Shown: positions 50,531-63,937 of the stretch, in pieces
How positions within the stretch are numbered: position 1 is the first letter of the stretch
Layout of the letters: the number at the start of each line of letters is the position of its first letter
Source of the DNA: Torpedo marmorata
Taxonomy: Eukaryota
DNA length: 64,000 nucleotides
Assembly: GCA_977017645.1 (NCBI GenBank)
Contig: OZ360243.1
Span: 18,042,001-18,106,000 of the forward strand
Direction of reading: 5' to 3'
Made by a program: the position numbers and the translations under genes
Notes under the pieces: generated by a model
What the model was told of the DNA's origin: nothing
Databases searched by the model: none
Seen by the model: only the letters and a program-made list of their open reading frames with translations

Positions 50531-52499
50531 ACTCTATTTCTCATGGGATTTGCTTGATTGCAGCAGCATTCACTTGACAAATGTCTCTATTTTCCTGACC
50601 AGAACCTCTTTGTCCCTTGTCAACCAAGGTTCGCTAAGACTACCATCCTTGACCTTCACTCTAATAGAAACATGCTGGCCCTGAATTCTTCATTTTTTGA
50701 AACCTACTTGCCAGGCATCCACTAACCTCCAGACATCCCCGTCCAATCAACATTTGAAAGGCAGTGAAGTTTCTGTGCATGTAGTTCAATTCAAAAAAAT
50801 TCAGTGTTTGAAAATGTGTTCCAATTGGTGTACTGCCATTTGGAGATCTGTTTGAATCCTCCAGTTTATGATTAAAGATTAGTTAAGTGAGGGGATACAT
50901 AAGACAGGATAAAAATTGCTGTTTGTTGTTATTCCTTTTTAAATGCTTAAACATGAAACCAATCCTTTTGGAAAAGACTAATCTAATTGCCCGATTGTCA
51001 TTTCAGAGGAAATGGCTGTGGCCCAAATTTGAGAACTTGGATGAGTTGTAATTGTTACTATTTGATTTATGGCAGTCATCTCTTGTGAGCATCACGTGGG
51101 GTATTTAGCTTTAAAATTAATGATTTTTCACTTTCAAGAAAAATTGTATCTATAATTTTTGTGTTGACATTTTTCAATGCTATGGTCTCGAATGAGCGAA
51201 CATTTCCCCATCTGACTTAAAGCCAGTAACAACAAAGTATTTTGTCCAGTGTATTTAAATCTTTTCAGCTGCAAATATTGCAAGCAACATATTAGTCAAC
51301 AGTATTTTGAATTTTAGTGTTTCTATCAAGTCATCATGGTACAACCACCAAATGTAGAGTTTTGAAGGAAAGTCATTTGAGGTTTGGTTGCTGTTCGCTC
51401 AAGTGAATGGAGTTGCTGGACCTGTTCATTAACCAGCTTTCCCAGCTGCGCGATGTTGGTGCTCTGTTATTGGACTCTTTAAAAAGTTGAGTAGCAGGTT
51501 ACATTTGTGAAGAAAATAATTCCATTAGGTACCCATGTTAAAGTTAAGGCCCAACACAAGTACTGGCAGTTCTGCATGGATCTGCTGGAATAATTTGGAT
51601 AATTAAGCCAATTGTTTTCTTTCAAACAATGATTGGGAGTTTGTTTCATACGAGGGATGTATGAGTATGCTGAGTTTATATGAAAATTGCTATTTCTGAT
51701 CTGTTTGTCAACCCATCAGTTCCTAAAGATTATAGTTTGGCCCAGGGTTGAGTTTCCATCCCTATCACTGAGTTTCCCTACTTGCACTTGTGTGATGTTC
51801 TCCTCTGCCTCGTATCAGTTCATTTTCAGGCCATTTTATTGGTATCAAAAATGAATTATAATCTCCTAATTGGTTGCTAATCTTTTGACTTCCTTCAATT
51901 TAACAGAAACTTTGTCAGATCACATGTTCAGTACTCTGTCAAGGAGCATTTCAGTTGGGATGCAAGTTGCAACTTGGACAGCTTTTTTCTGTTAAACATT
52001 GGATTTGTGCAAGCTTTTCAAACTTTACTGAGGAGAGCATAGAGAAAATAATGGAATTATGGAAGACTGTTGGTATAAAAACAACTTAAATATAAAGTGT
52101 CAGTTACCGTATATGCTTTTTTCGGTTTCAGCATTCTGGTTGCTTCCACTCTGGAGGGAAGGTTCAGAGTAAAATTCCTTGAGCTTTCAAGTTTATCCTG
52201 ATATTGACTATATATTTACTGCTTTTCACTGCACTGCACTGTGACATCAATGTTACCTGTCATTGAGAAGTAAACTTGCATATTATTCAATCTATTTCAA
52301 GATGTAGAATTTAACTCGACATCACCATTTGTCTCCACTCCACCATTTATCACTTTCACAAATTTGCATTGAGATTTTGGAATCAAAACATTGTAACCTG
52401 GAGCTTCAAACTGACCAATTGCTCTGAAGATTGTTTTTGAAATTGCAATTAAAATTTTGACACCCCAGCATAAAAATATTGATTCAATCTAAAGGCAGC

Positions 52500-53345
52500 C
52501 TGCTAGAAATGCCTAAATTGGGTTGCATCTATGGAGAGGTAAAACTTTCGAGTCAGTGACTTTTCATCAAAACTATAATGTTTTGCAGATAAGTTTTGAA
52601 ATGCAGCAAAGTGGAGAAATGGGGGGTGGGGGCAGGATGAAAGAGAAGAACAATGATAGAATGGTATAATGGGGAGATTAAAGCAACAAAAGGATGGTGC
52701 AAGACGCAAGGATGGAGAAGTACAGAAACAAAAGCATCGTGGAGGTGATGTAAATGGTGATAAAAGCTTTCTCTCAAATTGAACTCAACATAGAGTCCAG
52801 AAGGTTGTAATGTGTTGGTTGAAAGACGAAATGCTGTTCAAAGAGCTTGCATTACACTGGACCAGTGTGGGAAACTGAGGTTAGAGATCAATTTGCAATT
52901 GGGTCAGAGAATTGGTCATTCAATTCTCTGTCCCACTCTTGTTCTGTCCTTGGCCCCCCTCCTATATTGTTCAAATGAATTTTGGCATAAGCTCAAGAAA
53001 CAGCATATCGTCTTGAAGCACATTTCAGCCTTACAGACTTGCCATTGAGTTTAATTTCAGATTATTCTCCCATTTACCTCTTCTCTAGATTGATCTTTGT
53101 TTCTATACATTCTTTTGCCATCTTTTGTTTTGCACCTTGTCCTTGTCATTTAATCTCTCCCATGTGCTACCCTATCACTGATCTCTGCTCCCCCGGCCCC
53201 TTTTTCTGCATTTCAAATCATTTACATCTGTTTTTTCCAGTTTTGATGAAAGGTCATTGACCTGAAATGTTAACTCTCTTTCTCTCTCCACAGATGCGTC
53301 TGACCTGTTGAGTATTTCTATCATCAGCAGTATTTTGCTTTCGTA
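52500..53345. mobile_element. Older fold-back Penelope-derived element
   Basis: Decayed hammerhead motif on - (~52543-52572) and on + (TTTGATGAAAGGTCATTGACCTGAAATGT, ~53242-53270); endonuclease C-terminal remnant KLKKQHIVL; inversion point near 52915 (CAGAGAATTG..CAATTCTCTG). Confidence 0.6.
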
Positions 53346-56214
53346 ATTTTTTTTCTGAAAGATGCTAACAAACACATTTGGAACTTAGAAGATAAAACAC
53401 AGAACTCTAGACACCAGAAGGTAATTGAGTGGATCAACATCACTGTGCTCTCATCAGTTACATGACAGCTATTCTCCCAGAATTATTCCTTGTAAATTTT
53501 TTTTCTTTGTGTAATTACCAGCACTGCTTTTAATCAAATATTGCTTTGGCCTTTTAATAAGAGAGGATTGTCGTGGTGCTTCATGGAATTTTCTGGATAG
53601 CTGAGGTTTTTTGTGTACTTCCTTTCGATATGAAAGCTATCCAGTTTGCTGATATTCTGTCAGTCCCTAACTTTTTTTTATAATTCATTCATTTTGGCAA
53701 CATGCATGTATTTAGTGATTGGTTGTGGAAGTAATTATAAAACAGCTAATTAGCAGAAATGAATCTGATAAATATGGAGAAAACATTGCTGAATATTATC
53801 AAGCAGTCAAAAATGATTGTCATATTTAAATGATTTAAAGTGAGAGTCTTTGGAAAGAAAATGTATATCTTTGCACTCCTTTCAAAATGTTTTGTTATCC
53901 TTTTATAAAGGTATTGTACATGGTTGTGGTCCTGCATTTTGAAAGGAAAAATTAGGTAATAAAGTGCTTGAAAAATGTCTGAATAAAGAAACAAAACACA
54001 AACATCAAATTCCAAATAGTCAAAAGTAGTGATGCAGGATAATAAAATATAGATTTAAGTTTGAATTCCTTTCCAGTTGTCTAGAAATAGGGAAAACATA
54101 AGTTGCAGTAAATTTATTAAACCATGGATCGACTGCATTTGAAATACAGTACTTTAGTTTTATTCTTTATTTTTGAGAAGAAGATAGCATAGAAAATTAA
54201 CTTGATAAAAGAGCGCAGGCTGGATTTAATGTGAATTGCTGAATGCTGCAGAGCTTTTGAGAACTTTTTTTAAAAAAATATATAAATAAATAAATAAATA
54301 AATAGAGTTTTTTAAAAAAAGTTGGAAACACTGAGCGGGTCTGGCAGCATCTGTGGAAAGGAAAGGTTTTCAACCCAAATTGTTTAACCTGCATGCTTCC
54401 AGCATTCACTGTTTATGTGAGATTTTCAGCATCTGCAGTTCTTTGAAGACTGAATGAACTAATGGCTAATGACATTTCATGATATGGCTAATGCAGAAAT
54501 GTTTTTTTTTTTGTAGTTAAAAGCAATGGTAGATCATAAACATGACATTAATAAATTCAGTGAGGAACTCGAAGTTTTTTTTTTGCCCTGAGTATAGCAA
54601 CGTGGTGGCTAGTATGATGCATTAAAGGAAAAGGAATGAGGATGGTTATCAGGATTTGTTAAATCAAAGACTGGATGGACTTGCTTGGAGAATAAATAGG
54701 TTTCTCAGAAGTAAATGCTTCAGTTTTATAGTCTTTCAGAAACTGTTGGGACAAGAGGTCATTTCTTGGTGAGAAGGGCCAAAGCAGAAAACCCAGCAGA
54801 AAGTACAATTGAGGACTCTGATGAACATTTTCTATGTGGTTTAAATTTTAAGCAATTTCACCGACTATATTGCTCAGTGGAAACCAGGAATGGAGAATTT
54901 GGGAAATTATTGCCATTAGCCTTCATTACTGCTGTCTAATTGCAGTCTTGTCCTGGAAATGCACGAGAACCCAGTGAAATATTCCTCTTTTCATTCACCT
55001 GGAAATGGGGGAGGGAGGGAATTAAATGTCTGAGTATCATTGTGTTCTTTTGGAGCCACAGGTTAGCTAGTTAATGTTATGAATTTACCAATGCTCCCAT
55101 CTTGATGATTTTTGAAGATTGGGCAGTTTGAAAACTGATCGATAGCCCAAACAGTTTGAAATCTTCACTTGGATTTTGGGGTTTTATTACTAACAAACAG
55201 CATTACTATTTCCAAACAGGCACATTACAGCTCATAGAACTGAACAGCAAATTCAACAATTTCAGGGAACAAGCCTTCCAGTTTCTATAAACTGGCTACT
55301 TCTGTTGCCAAGTCTTCGAGCAGAAACATCAACTTTCCTTCTCTGCAAATGCTGTTTGACCAGAGTACTTCCAGCATTCTTTTATTTCAGGTTTCCAATT
55401 TCTCTCTGCTGTTTATTTGTTGTTAGATGGAGACGAGACTGCAAATGCCAGAATCTGAAGCATAAAACAAGCTACTGGAGAATTTAGCGGGTCATATGTG
55501 GATGCAAAGGGTGATTGACATTTCGGGTTGAGACCCTGCAGCAGGACTCGGGTTTTTTGTAGTTAGAAACTGGTCCAACAAGGGTGACTTTAAATTCCAT
55601 GGGATTTGATTAAAATTGGCTTGGCATCATTTTGAAACATTACTGAATAGCTTCTAAGGCCATGATTAAATTTGGTTGGTAAATGTTTGGATTTTTTCCC
55701 ACCCTAACTCCTAACACAATCGGCTGGCAGTGTGAGCTCTGATCAGTTTATTCAAAACCATTTCATACTTTCAACTTTTTAATATGCGTATATTCAAACG
55801 AGCTTCTAACCAAAGAATACAGTGGCATTTGAGATTGGCAAGGAAAAATTAAAATTCATTGTTATCAAAAAGCATAAAAAAACAGCTGATGCAGGAAATC
55901 TGAAGCAAAAACAGACAACATTGGAAATACTGAGCAGGTCAGGCAGCATCCTGAGAATGAAACCGAGAACATGGATCAGCAGTGTTCTGAAGATAATGTG
56001 TTTGTTTATTCGGCTGTCTGGGATCTGTAAGTATTTGGATGTACCACAAGTGATGAAGCAGCAGGGATGCAAGCTATTAAAACAATGAAATGGGTGTTTC
56101 AAGCTGAGTTAATTTGCTGGAAGAACTGGCATTTGATAATGCAAGAAATTTAATTTAGCATGCATTTAGGCGAAGCAAATTTATTTTGTAGTAATTGTTT
56201 GATTTCTTTTGCAG

Positions 56215-56328
56215 TTTGCCTGATGTATGGGTAAATGAAACTGACAGATCTCAACTGAGGACCAAAACAGTTCATTTGTCAAAACTACCGCAGGATGCTG
56301 CTTTACTCCTCGACCCAAACATATACCG
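56215..56328 (+). CDS. aebp2: AEBP2 coding exon (exon 7 equivalent): [37 protein letters not shown](R)
   Basis: TTCTTTTGCAG| ... CG|GTATAG, 114 nt, phase 2-2; not in the ORF track, found by manual translation. Confidence 0.95.
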
Positions 56329-58409
56329 GTATAGTTGAAGTATATTTCTAACTGATTTGGTGCAGTGAATGTTATTTGTACTTTGTGTGGTGAACTAACT
56401 TCTATGGCCCAAATTGTGCCAAATCTTGTCTTGCCTGAGGGGCACAGTTGTTTGGAAAATCATTGTATTTTTTTCTTTTTTAAATGACTGTTTGCACTTC
56501 CCTTCTGACATTTACTTTAGAACATTTTCTAAAACCTTTTTTTAATCTGTATACCTGGGTAGAATTTGGGCACTTTAACCTTTTTGAAAATTAATTTACC
56601 GGTAATTCACCTCAAGAACACATCCGCAACTTGCTTTCCATTTTCTCAATGGGCGCAGGAGATGCGAAGATACTGTAGTGAGGTTTAAGTTAATTGTCAC
56701 ATGTACATTGATAAATCTTCAACTCGGTGATTTAAATCAAATTGATAATCCAGCAGAGCATGTATTTCCTGTTTCAAAGCGATTTTTTTTTTTTTTTTTT
56801 TTTTTTTGTAGGATGTGGCCATTTTTGAGGTGCATTTTTCAATGTGACTTCACACTTTGTTTAAATTTTTTTTTTTTTTGATTGGTTGAGATGAAAAAAA
56901 TCTGAAGGACTGAGGCATATTAAAAGTGACGATTTCAAGCGTTTAACAGTTGCTCAACATCCGCTGTCTCATTGTCGTTTAAACTGGCAAATCATAAACT
57001 TCGACAAACTTCTTTGACTGTCTTCACCAATTTGGTATTTGATTAAGTGGCACTTGCTGCCTTGTCCAACCATCCCCTTGGGGAGGCATCCTGTTTCTTA
57101 ACCTAGCGTTTCTACTTGTGATTACTTACCCTAGGTTGAGGGTGTCTTGGTTGCTTCTCTGTTGCCATCCCCAGCCACCTTTTTAATAACAGCAGCTGGG
57201 TTTTCTACTTTCGTGTCATTAGATGAGCAGGGGAAACTGGAAGAATCCTCACAGGAGGTAGGATGGAAGAAAGAGTTGAGGTAACCATTGGAGTCTGGGC
57301 TTGTAATGGATGTTGCTCATCTATTCCCTGAGATCATAGCAATTGCAGACAAGGAAGAGGTAAAGGTGCCATGTGGAAGGGGGCAGAGTGGTAATTGACA
57401 GAAAAAAAGTATTGAAATTTAACTTCCACGAATACAGGAAGTAGCATTAATGCAGTGTTGCTGTCTGGAAAAAGCAGAGGGAGAGGACTGAGTAAGACTC
57501 AAAAACTGTATTTGTAGTTGCCACAATTTGTCTTATTACAGTTTCTGATCCCCAAAATGTTACTGATTTTGCTGGGGATATTGTGGTGAACTGTAATGGT
57601 CAGACTTTTTTTGGTACAATGAATGTTGCCTATTATCATCCCGTCTGTTTGTGGGTCATACAATGCTGCATATGTCGTAGTGCTTCAGTATCTGAAGTTC
57701 TAAAGGGACCTGAATTCTCCTTATGGAGCTTGACAGGTGGATGAAGAGCTGATGCGTCCCTGACTGGCATGTTTGGAACTAGGAGTTAACACAAAAAATA
57801 AGGAGTCAGCCACTCAGGACAGAGATGAGGAGAATCTTCACACAATGTGCAGAGAATTTTTAGAATTCTACATGTCTGATATCTCTGTATGCTTGGATAC
57901 TGAGCATATTCAAGACTCTGCATGATGTTTCTTATAGATTAAAGGCTTAAAGGTTATGTGATGAATGCAGGAAAGTGAGCTGAGGTAAAATACTGGCTGC
58001 AGTTTTATTGAACAGTGGATTGGGTCGATTTGTTCTTGAGATGGCTCCAATTGTACAGGAACAGATTAGTTTACGAATTGACTGATTCTTGATTCTAGCG
58101 TGGTCTTTGGGGGTGAGGGCAAGATGGATCATCCATTTGATGCATCTGGTGTAGATATTTACTCGTGCCTTAACTCATCATGCAGGTGGTTTTTCGTCAT
58201 TAAGGTTGCTTTAATGGAGCATGCATCCCATCCCATAGACCTAATAAAAGAACAGCATCATTGTTCTCATCCACTGTTTGTGGAAATGCTAAGTTCTGTG
58301 TACTATATTTCAGATTCAGTGTTTTACTAGGTTGGCTCCTTACCTTTAGAATTATGGTAACAATTCTTACCTTACTGGATCACTATGCAGGAACCTGAAC
58401 AATTGATAC

Positions 58410-58670
58410 AGAGACTTGATTTTAAATTCAAAATTATGTCTGGGATGACAAAGTGGAATCAGGAATGGCAAACATGAAAACTCACAAAGTTGATACACGA
58501 ATGTCCTGCATGGAAGAAAATCTATCAGCATCCTAGATGTAACTTAACCGAGCAATGTGATTTTACTGCACCCCAAATTGCCCAGTAAGCCACTTAACAA
58601 ATAGAACAATTCGTGATGGCTAATAATTGTCACCCTTGTCAGTTATGTCCTCATCTGTGCCTAAATAAAA
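58410..58670 (+). mobile_element. Old SINE body, possibly DeuSINE/SacSINE1-like
   Basis: Degenerate ..GGAAGAAAATCT..AGCAATGTG..CTGCACCCCAAATTGCCCAGTAAGCCAC..GATGGCTAATAA.. pattern; by-eye recognition. Confidence 0.35.
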
Positions 58671-60108
58671 TAAAACTGCTGTTCATTGCATTCTGTTCTG
58701 CAGAACTCATTGAATCAAGATTCATCCAATCTGAATTGTTCCCAATAAACATTTTGTTAGGGCCATACACCAATAATGGATGATAGCTTTGGCATGAAGG
58801 ATGGTACTTTGTCCCCACAAGGTCTCTGCAGCATCATCTTAACAAAATGAACAGATTCATTTGCAGCTGCAGAGTTGGTGAGTGTTTGGTGTTAATTTCT
58901 ATCACTTGCTGCAGGTTCACTGTGGCTACCATTTCTTTCAGGAATTGGCCAGTTATATTAGAAATTGTGCAACTGAGCCAGTGATAGGGATTGAAGTTCC
59001 CCATTGTGTTCATTTTGTGCACTTCCTATCCTCTGCACTTTCAGTTGTGTTAAAAATGAATACAGAGTCAAACCACAGAAAATTAAAGGTTCAAGAAGAT
59101 TTTGTCTTTGTGTGTAATGATTTAATCCCATCAGATTTTGTGGATTTGAGTTGGGATCCTGTACTATTGCTATTACCATCACTACTCCCTGCCCTATATA
59201 AAAATAAAGCAAAAAATACCTTCAATCTGCACTATCAACTGTGCTCACCCCAATGCTGATCCCAGACCCACATAACCATAAGGGGGCTCTGTGGTTCTAA
59301 TTGAGCTTAGCGTCATGCCAAACCCCTTCTGTGAAGTTCAGAAAACCCTGAACAGTGAACTGGTGTGGAGCGGTGGATTTTCTGAGCTTGCCCGAAGTGC
59401 CCTGATAGCCAGTTGGCAACTACTTTTAAAAATTTGTAATAGACATTTAAGAAGTTGAAATAGATTTAAATATTTAAATGATTTTTTGGAAAAAAACATT
59501 TAAACCACAAGAAACTAATTTTAAACATTAAAGAGTAAAACAATATATTGGCACTTAACCATTTTTTCCCAGAGTATATTAACCATTTAATGTGAATGCT
59601 CTCTCGCTATTTGGATCAGCCACCTATCTTTGCCAGAGAGCAGTTGGATCTGGACTCTTTTGCTCAGTAAATTCGTGCTTTGCTCTCAAACTTGTGGACG
59701 ATTCCAGTGAAGGAGCACAGTCTGCAGAGCATCTGACCTCTCAGGAACTGCTGACTTGAGAAGCTTACCTTTTACTTCATTGTATGTATCTAATTGATGT
59801 GAGAGCTCAGCAGAAGAAAACAAGTAGTATTGCATCCTTATGTGCTTCATACCTCAGTAAAATAATCCTTGTCCATACAAGTAATTACCGGTAGTTTTTT
59901 TTTAAACTACCAAAAGAAATTGGTAAAATAGGTAACGGTTAATTTGACAAAACTGTTACAAAAATAATTTTCAGTGGCCAATTCTCACTCTTAATCAGAT
60001 TTCTCACGCTAATGATGCTGCGGGACTTTAATACATAGCATCTCTGAGATTATGGGTAAAATTGTATTCTGCATACTCTGTTTGTTGAATGTGCTCTTTT
60101 GGGCACAG

Positions 60109-60127
60109 GATGTTCTTTCTCTTTTGA
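60109..60127 (+). CDS. aebp2: Candidate AEBP2 terminal coding exon: (R)MFFLF-stop, followed by putative 3' UTR to AATAAA at ~60675
   Basis: Acceptor GTGCTCTTTTGGGCACAG| with the right phase (CG+G); resembles the short ..NIYRMFF C-terminus I recall for teleost Aebp2 (unverified). Confidence 0.5.
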
Positions 60128-61287
60128 TCATTGAAAGTTCAGTGTTGTAAACTTGGTGAAGCAGAGCAGAGGCAGAAAGAAGCATCTCTGTTGCAATTTC
60201 CATATGTCTCGCAGTTAATTCGAGTGCAGTTTCATGGAGTTGCAATACAATTTGCAATGTAAAATGCAAGAATATTCCCATGGTTCTTCCAAGGCAGTAA
60301 ATGAGAAATACTATACATTTATGGTTTGGTATTTTTGAGTGCGATTATCTTTGAAACGGGTATTTTAATAATATTGAGACTACGTTTTGGTTTTATGCTG
60401 GAGTATGGATGGATGCCTTCAAAATGAGGAGTAAAAAACACTTTGGGGCAATGACTTGCTGTAGTTTCTGTTCATTAATTTTTTTTTCACCATAGGTGCG
60501 ACTTGAAATGAACATTGTTTCCTTATTTTGAGTTTCAGCATCTGCTCACTTGTGGATTTGTGTAAGGAAGTTGTTGGGTATCACCTGAAAGTAACCATCA
60601 ATGAGGCCCGCATGTACTAAATCAATAACCTCGAGACTTGCCCATGTGTTTGTTCAATGGCTGAAATTGCTTGGAATAAATAAAAGTTTGGGAAGTGTGG
60701 ACATAGTTTGCTGTACAACTCCGATTTTAGATCTTACTATGGCGAGTACTGATGGATAGGTGAAAGTAAAGTTAATTTGTGGCTCGATTGATTTTGCAGA
60801 TTTTTTTTTTTTTTTTTTTTTTTATAAATATAAATCATTTTTGATCTTGTGATAGTCTAAAGAGAATGGTGCCTAAGCTTCCCAGCAAATAAGGGCAGCA
60901 AATTAGTCTGAGGGTTGCACTGATACGAAGCCCAGAAGGTATTCCCTGTGGTTGAGTGGGAGATTATAACATGTTGGATGGAATGCTTTCCTGAGAAACC
61001 ATATCCCTCACCAAGCCTTAGGAACTGGCAAACGAAGCAAGCATGTGGGTAACTTTGATTTGGTTCCAATTTCATTTGGGGAACATTCAGCTGGTGATAC
61101 CATAAGTTGTTTTTTTTTTTGTTTTTTTTGCTAGCTGGGTATAAGTAGAATTTTAATGCCACACTTCATGCCTTGTTTGGTTTGAGCAAATTAAACCAGT
61201 TATTATGAGGGAGCTGTGCTCAGTTTCCAAAAGCAGCTCGACATGAAATTTGAAATTTTTGATGTCGGTGAATGAAAAATAACATAC

Positions 61288-62230
61288 TGCTATGGACCAT
61301 GACTGACAATTTGGACTGCGGGTGGTAAGCAGGAAGGATGAAGTCTTTTGGAGTATACACTGGGGCCTGGTACTGAAAGAGTTAACTTGCCCAGGACTTC
61401 TTGTATTTACAAGAGAGAGACATCAGAGGGAGACAAACTGTGGAAAGATACTTGGTGGTGAAACTTTTGGAAAAGACAGAGAAAACTCTCTCTGTATGAA
61501 GGCCTCAAGCTCAGTCATGGAAAACTGTATCAGTGGCAGTTTTGGAGTTGCAAAGGCGGAAGAACTCAGCAGGATCCAGGCTTGTGCATCCCAGAGAAGA
61601 AGTTGGGAGAATAGCAGAGTCTCTTGAATCAGAAAAATCCAGGCTTGTGTATCCCAGGAGAAACGGCTGGGAGAAATACAAGGCCTCTTGATGATTCAGC
61701 AAAATCCTGAGTTGAGAGCAGCTTTTGTGAAGAACAGACTGTGAGATCCAAGTACACGCCTCAATCCAGAACGGATCTGAATTCGCAATCCTTGTGAAAA
61801 CACCAGAAGGGAAAGTCATCAGAGAAGAAAAGCAAGCCAAGTATTCGTAAGCATAAACAGTCATTGTCTCTCTCCAACGTTCATTAAGAAGTCCTGCTTG
61901 CCAGCACACAGAGCTGAATTTGGACCCTGAACATAGAGAGTGAATTTTTGTGGACTGTATTTTTGGGACTGACTTGTTTTTATGACTGACCTGGGGTTTT
62001 TGGGGAGAGTTTTTCCATTTTTACATGAGGGTTGGGCACAGACTGTAATGGTCTGGGCTTTATACACACACACACATACACACCTTTTAGATAAGAATAG
62101 TGTTTATAGATGTTTATAGTGGGGTTAATTGTTGTGAAATTATATGTTTAATTGTCTTTAATAAATATAAATTTCAATTTTACCCCTTTTGCATTGCGTC
62201 TTGTGTCGTTGCTGGTTTGAATTTGTAACA
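61288..62230 (+). mobile_element. Solo LTR, second copy of the family at 29692
   Basis: TG(C)TATGGACCATGACTGAC ... GCTGGTTTGAATTTGTAACA; flanks ATAC/ATAT (4-bp TSD, 1 mismatch); AATAAA near 3' end. Confidence 0.88.
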
Positions 62231-63283
62231 ATATTATTTGCAGAATGATAAACAAAGAATGTTGTTTTATTTACCTTTACTGAGTGGCACCTGCAAAACA
62301 TTTTTGCATTTCAAAAATTACATTTCTGTATCATGAGTAGATAATGCATGTAAAAAAGACCAGTTAAACCGGCCTTTGGAAGAAAGAAATTAGATTGGCG
62401 AATAGAAAATGCCTGAGATAGTAAATCTTGATTCACCCTGCACAAGAGAAGAGACCACACCAGAAATAGTGGGGAAATTTATTTCTAATTGAAGCGGGAT
62501 TTGGAGTAATTAATGAGTGGGAAAGTATTGGAGAAATTAAGCAGTTTAAAAACCAACCGATTCCTTGGACAATAAGAAATGTCTGCATAGACGACCCATA
62601 ACATTGCTTCACTGTCATATATTCCCTCCTTTCTCCCCACTCACCCCACCCCACCCCCAAAATGGTGACTTGAAAGGAGCGAAGAAGAGCCTTCAGATGG
62701 GGTAAAGGAAATGATCGATGGAGAAAGTGGTGTTTGTGTTGTATTTCTTCCTGGTGGGAGCTGGCTCTTCTAACAGCCTAGGGATCCATTACTGGGAATT
62801 ATAATGCATGTGCATGTTGTGGGAGAATTTAGATTTGTCTAATTCGAAGATGATCCTTTTCATTGAATCCAAATGAAGTGCATTCCGAGCACAAATATCC
62901 AGGTTAGAAATATAACAAACTCCTTGACCAGAAAGCTATGGGGGGCTAAGTAGTTGAGCATTTTCAAGGCTGAGATTGAGGTGTATTTTTGCAAACTTCT
63001 TATGTTTGTGGATCAGGTAAAGAAGTTACAAGGAACTTTTGTGATATTGTTGGTTATAAAGACTTTTTTCTCCCACTTGTTTGAGGAAAATAATATACAG
63101 TGGATCGCTTTTAATTCCAAATAGGCTCCATTAGTTCAATATCTGACCTGCAGACTGTTTTTCTTCAGTGAAGTTGGGTAGGCAAAAACCAATCAGAATC
63201 CAGTCATGGGTGATGTTTTTTCAAAAAAATATTGGGAAGTCATTATTTAACCAGACAATGTTTTCTTGTAGTTCCTTGATGTA

Positions 63284-63450
63284 CCGTATATTTCGGCGTA
63301 TAAGTCGACTCGCGGATAAGTCGACCCCCCCTTTTTCAGCCTCATTTTAATGGTTTTATGGTATATCCGGCGTATAAGTCGACCCCCAATTTTCAGGCTG
63401 TCCGGGCCTCCCAGCAACAACCCAAAATTTGTTAAGCAAGTACCCCGGTA

Positions 63451-63482
<32 letters not shown>

Positions 63483-63937
63483 CAGTAAAAAATACCTTTG
63501 GTTCTGGCCGGGAAGATGCAGGTGCGGCGACGTCTTTCTCCCGAGCAGGAGCGGGGAGCTCGTTCTCCCGAGCAGGAGCGGGGAGCTCGTTCTCCCGAGC
63601 AGGAGCGGGGAGCTCCTTCTCCCAGGCAGGAGCGGGGAGCTCGATCTCCCTGGTAGGAGCGAGGACCTCGGGCTCTACAATTGTAGAATGTCTGGGTGGT
63701 TTATGGCGGCGCCCGGCGGTGGGGAGGTGTCGGGGAGCGGCGGAGGGGAGGTGCTTCCAGCGTCGACCTAAACGCCGAATTGGTTTTTCATGGGTCGACT
63801 TATACGCCGAATCGGCGTGAACTCGATTTTGAGCTGATTTTAGGGTCTCAAAAGTATATCCGGCGTATAAGTCGACCCCCGTTTTTTGAGACATTTTTGA
63901 GGGTTTCAAGGGTCGACTTATTCGCCGAAATATACGG
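63284..63937 (+). mobile_element. Tc2/pogo-like MITE, copy 4
   Basis: TIR CCGTATATTTCGGCGTATAAGTCGAC; flanks TA / TG; ~5 minisatellite units. Confidence 0.95.

Noticed and set aside
56812-56881. Alternative AEBP2 last exon (R)MWPFLRCIFQCDFTLCLNFFFF-stop after a long poly-T/AG
   Set aside because: Phase-compatible, but the acceptor is just a T homopolymer and the peptide resembles no AEBP2 tail I know; not excluded without RNA data.
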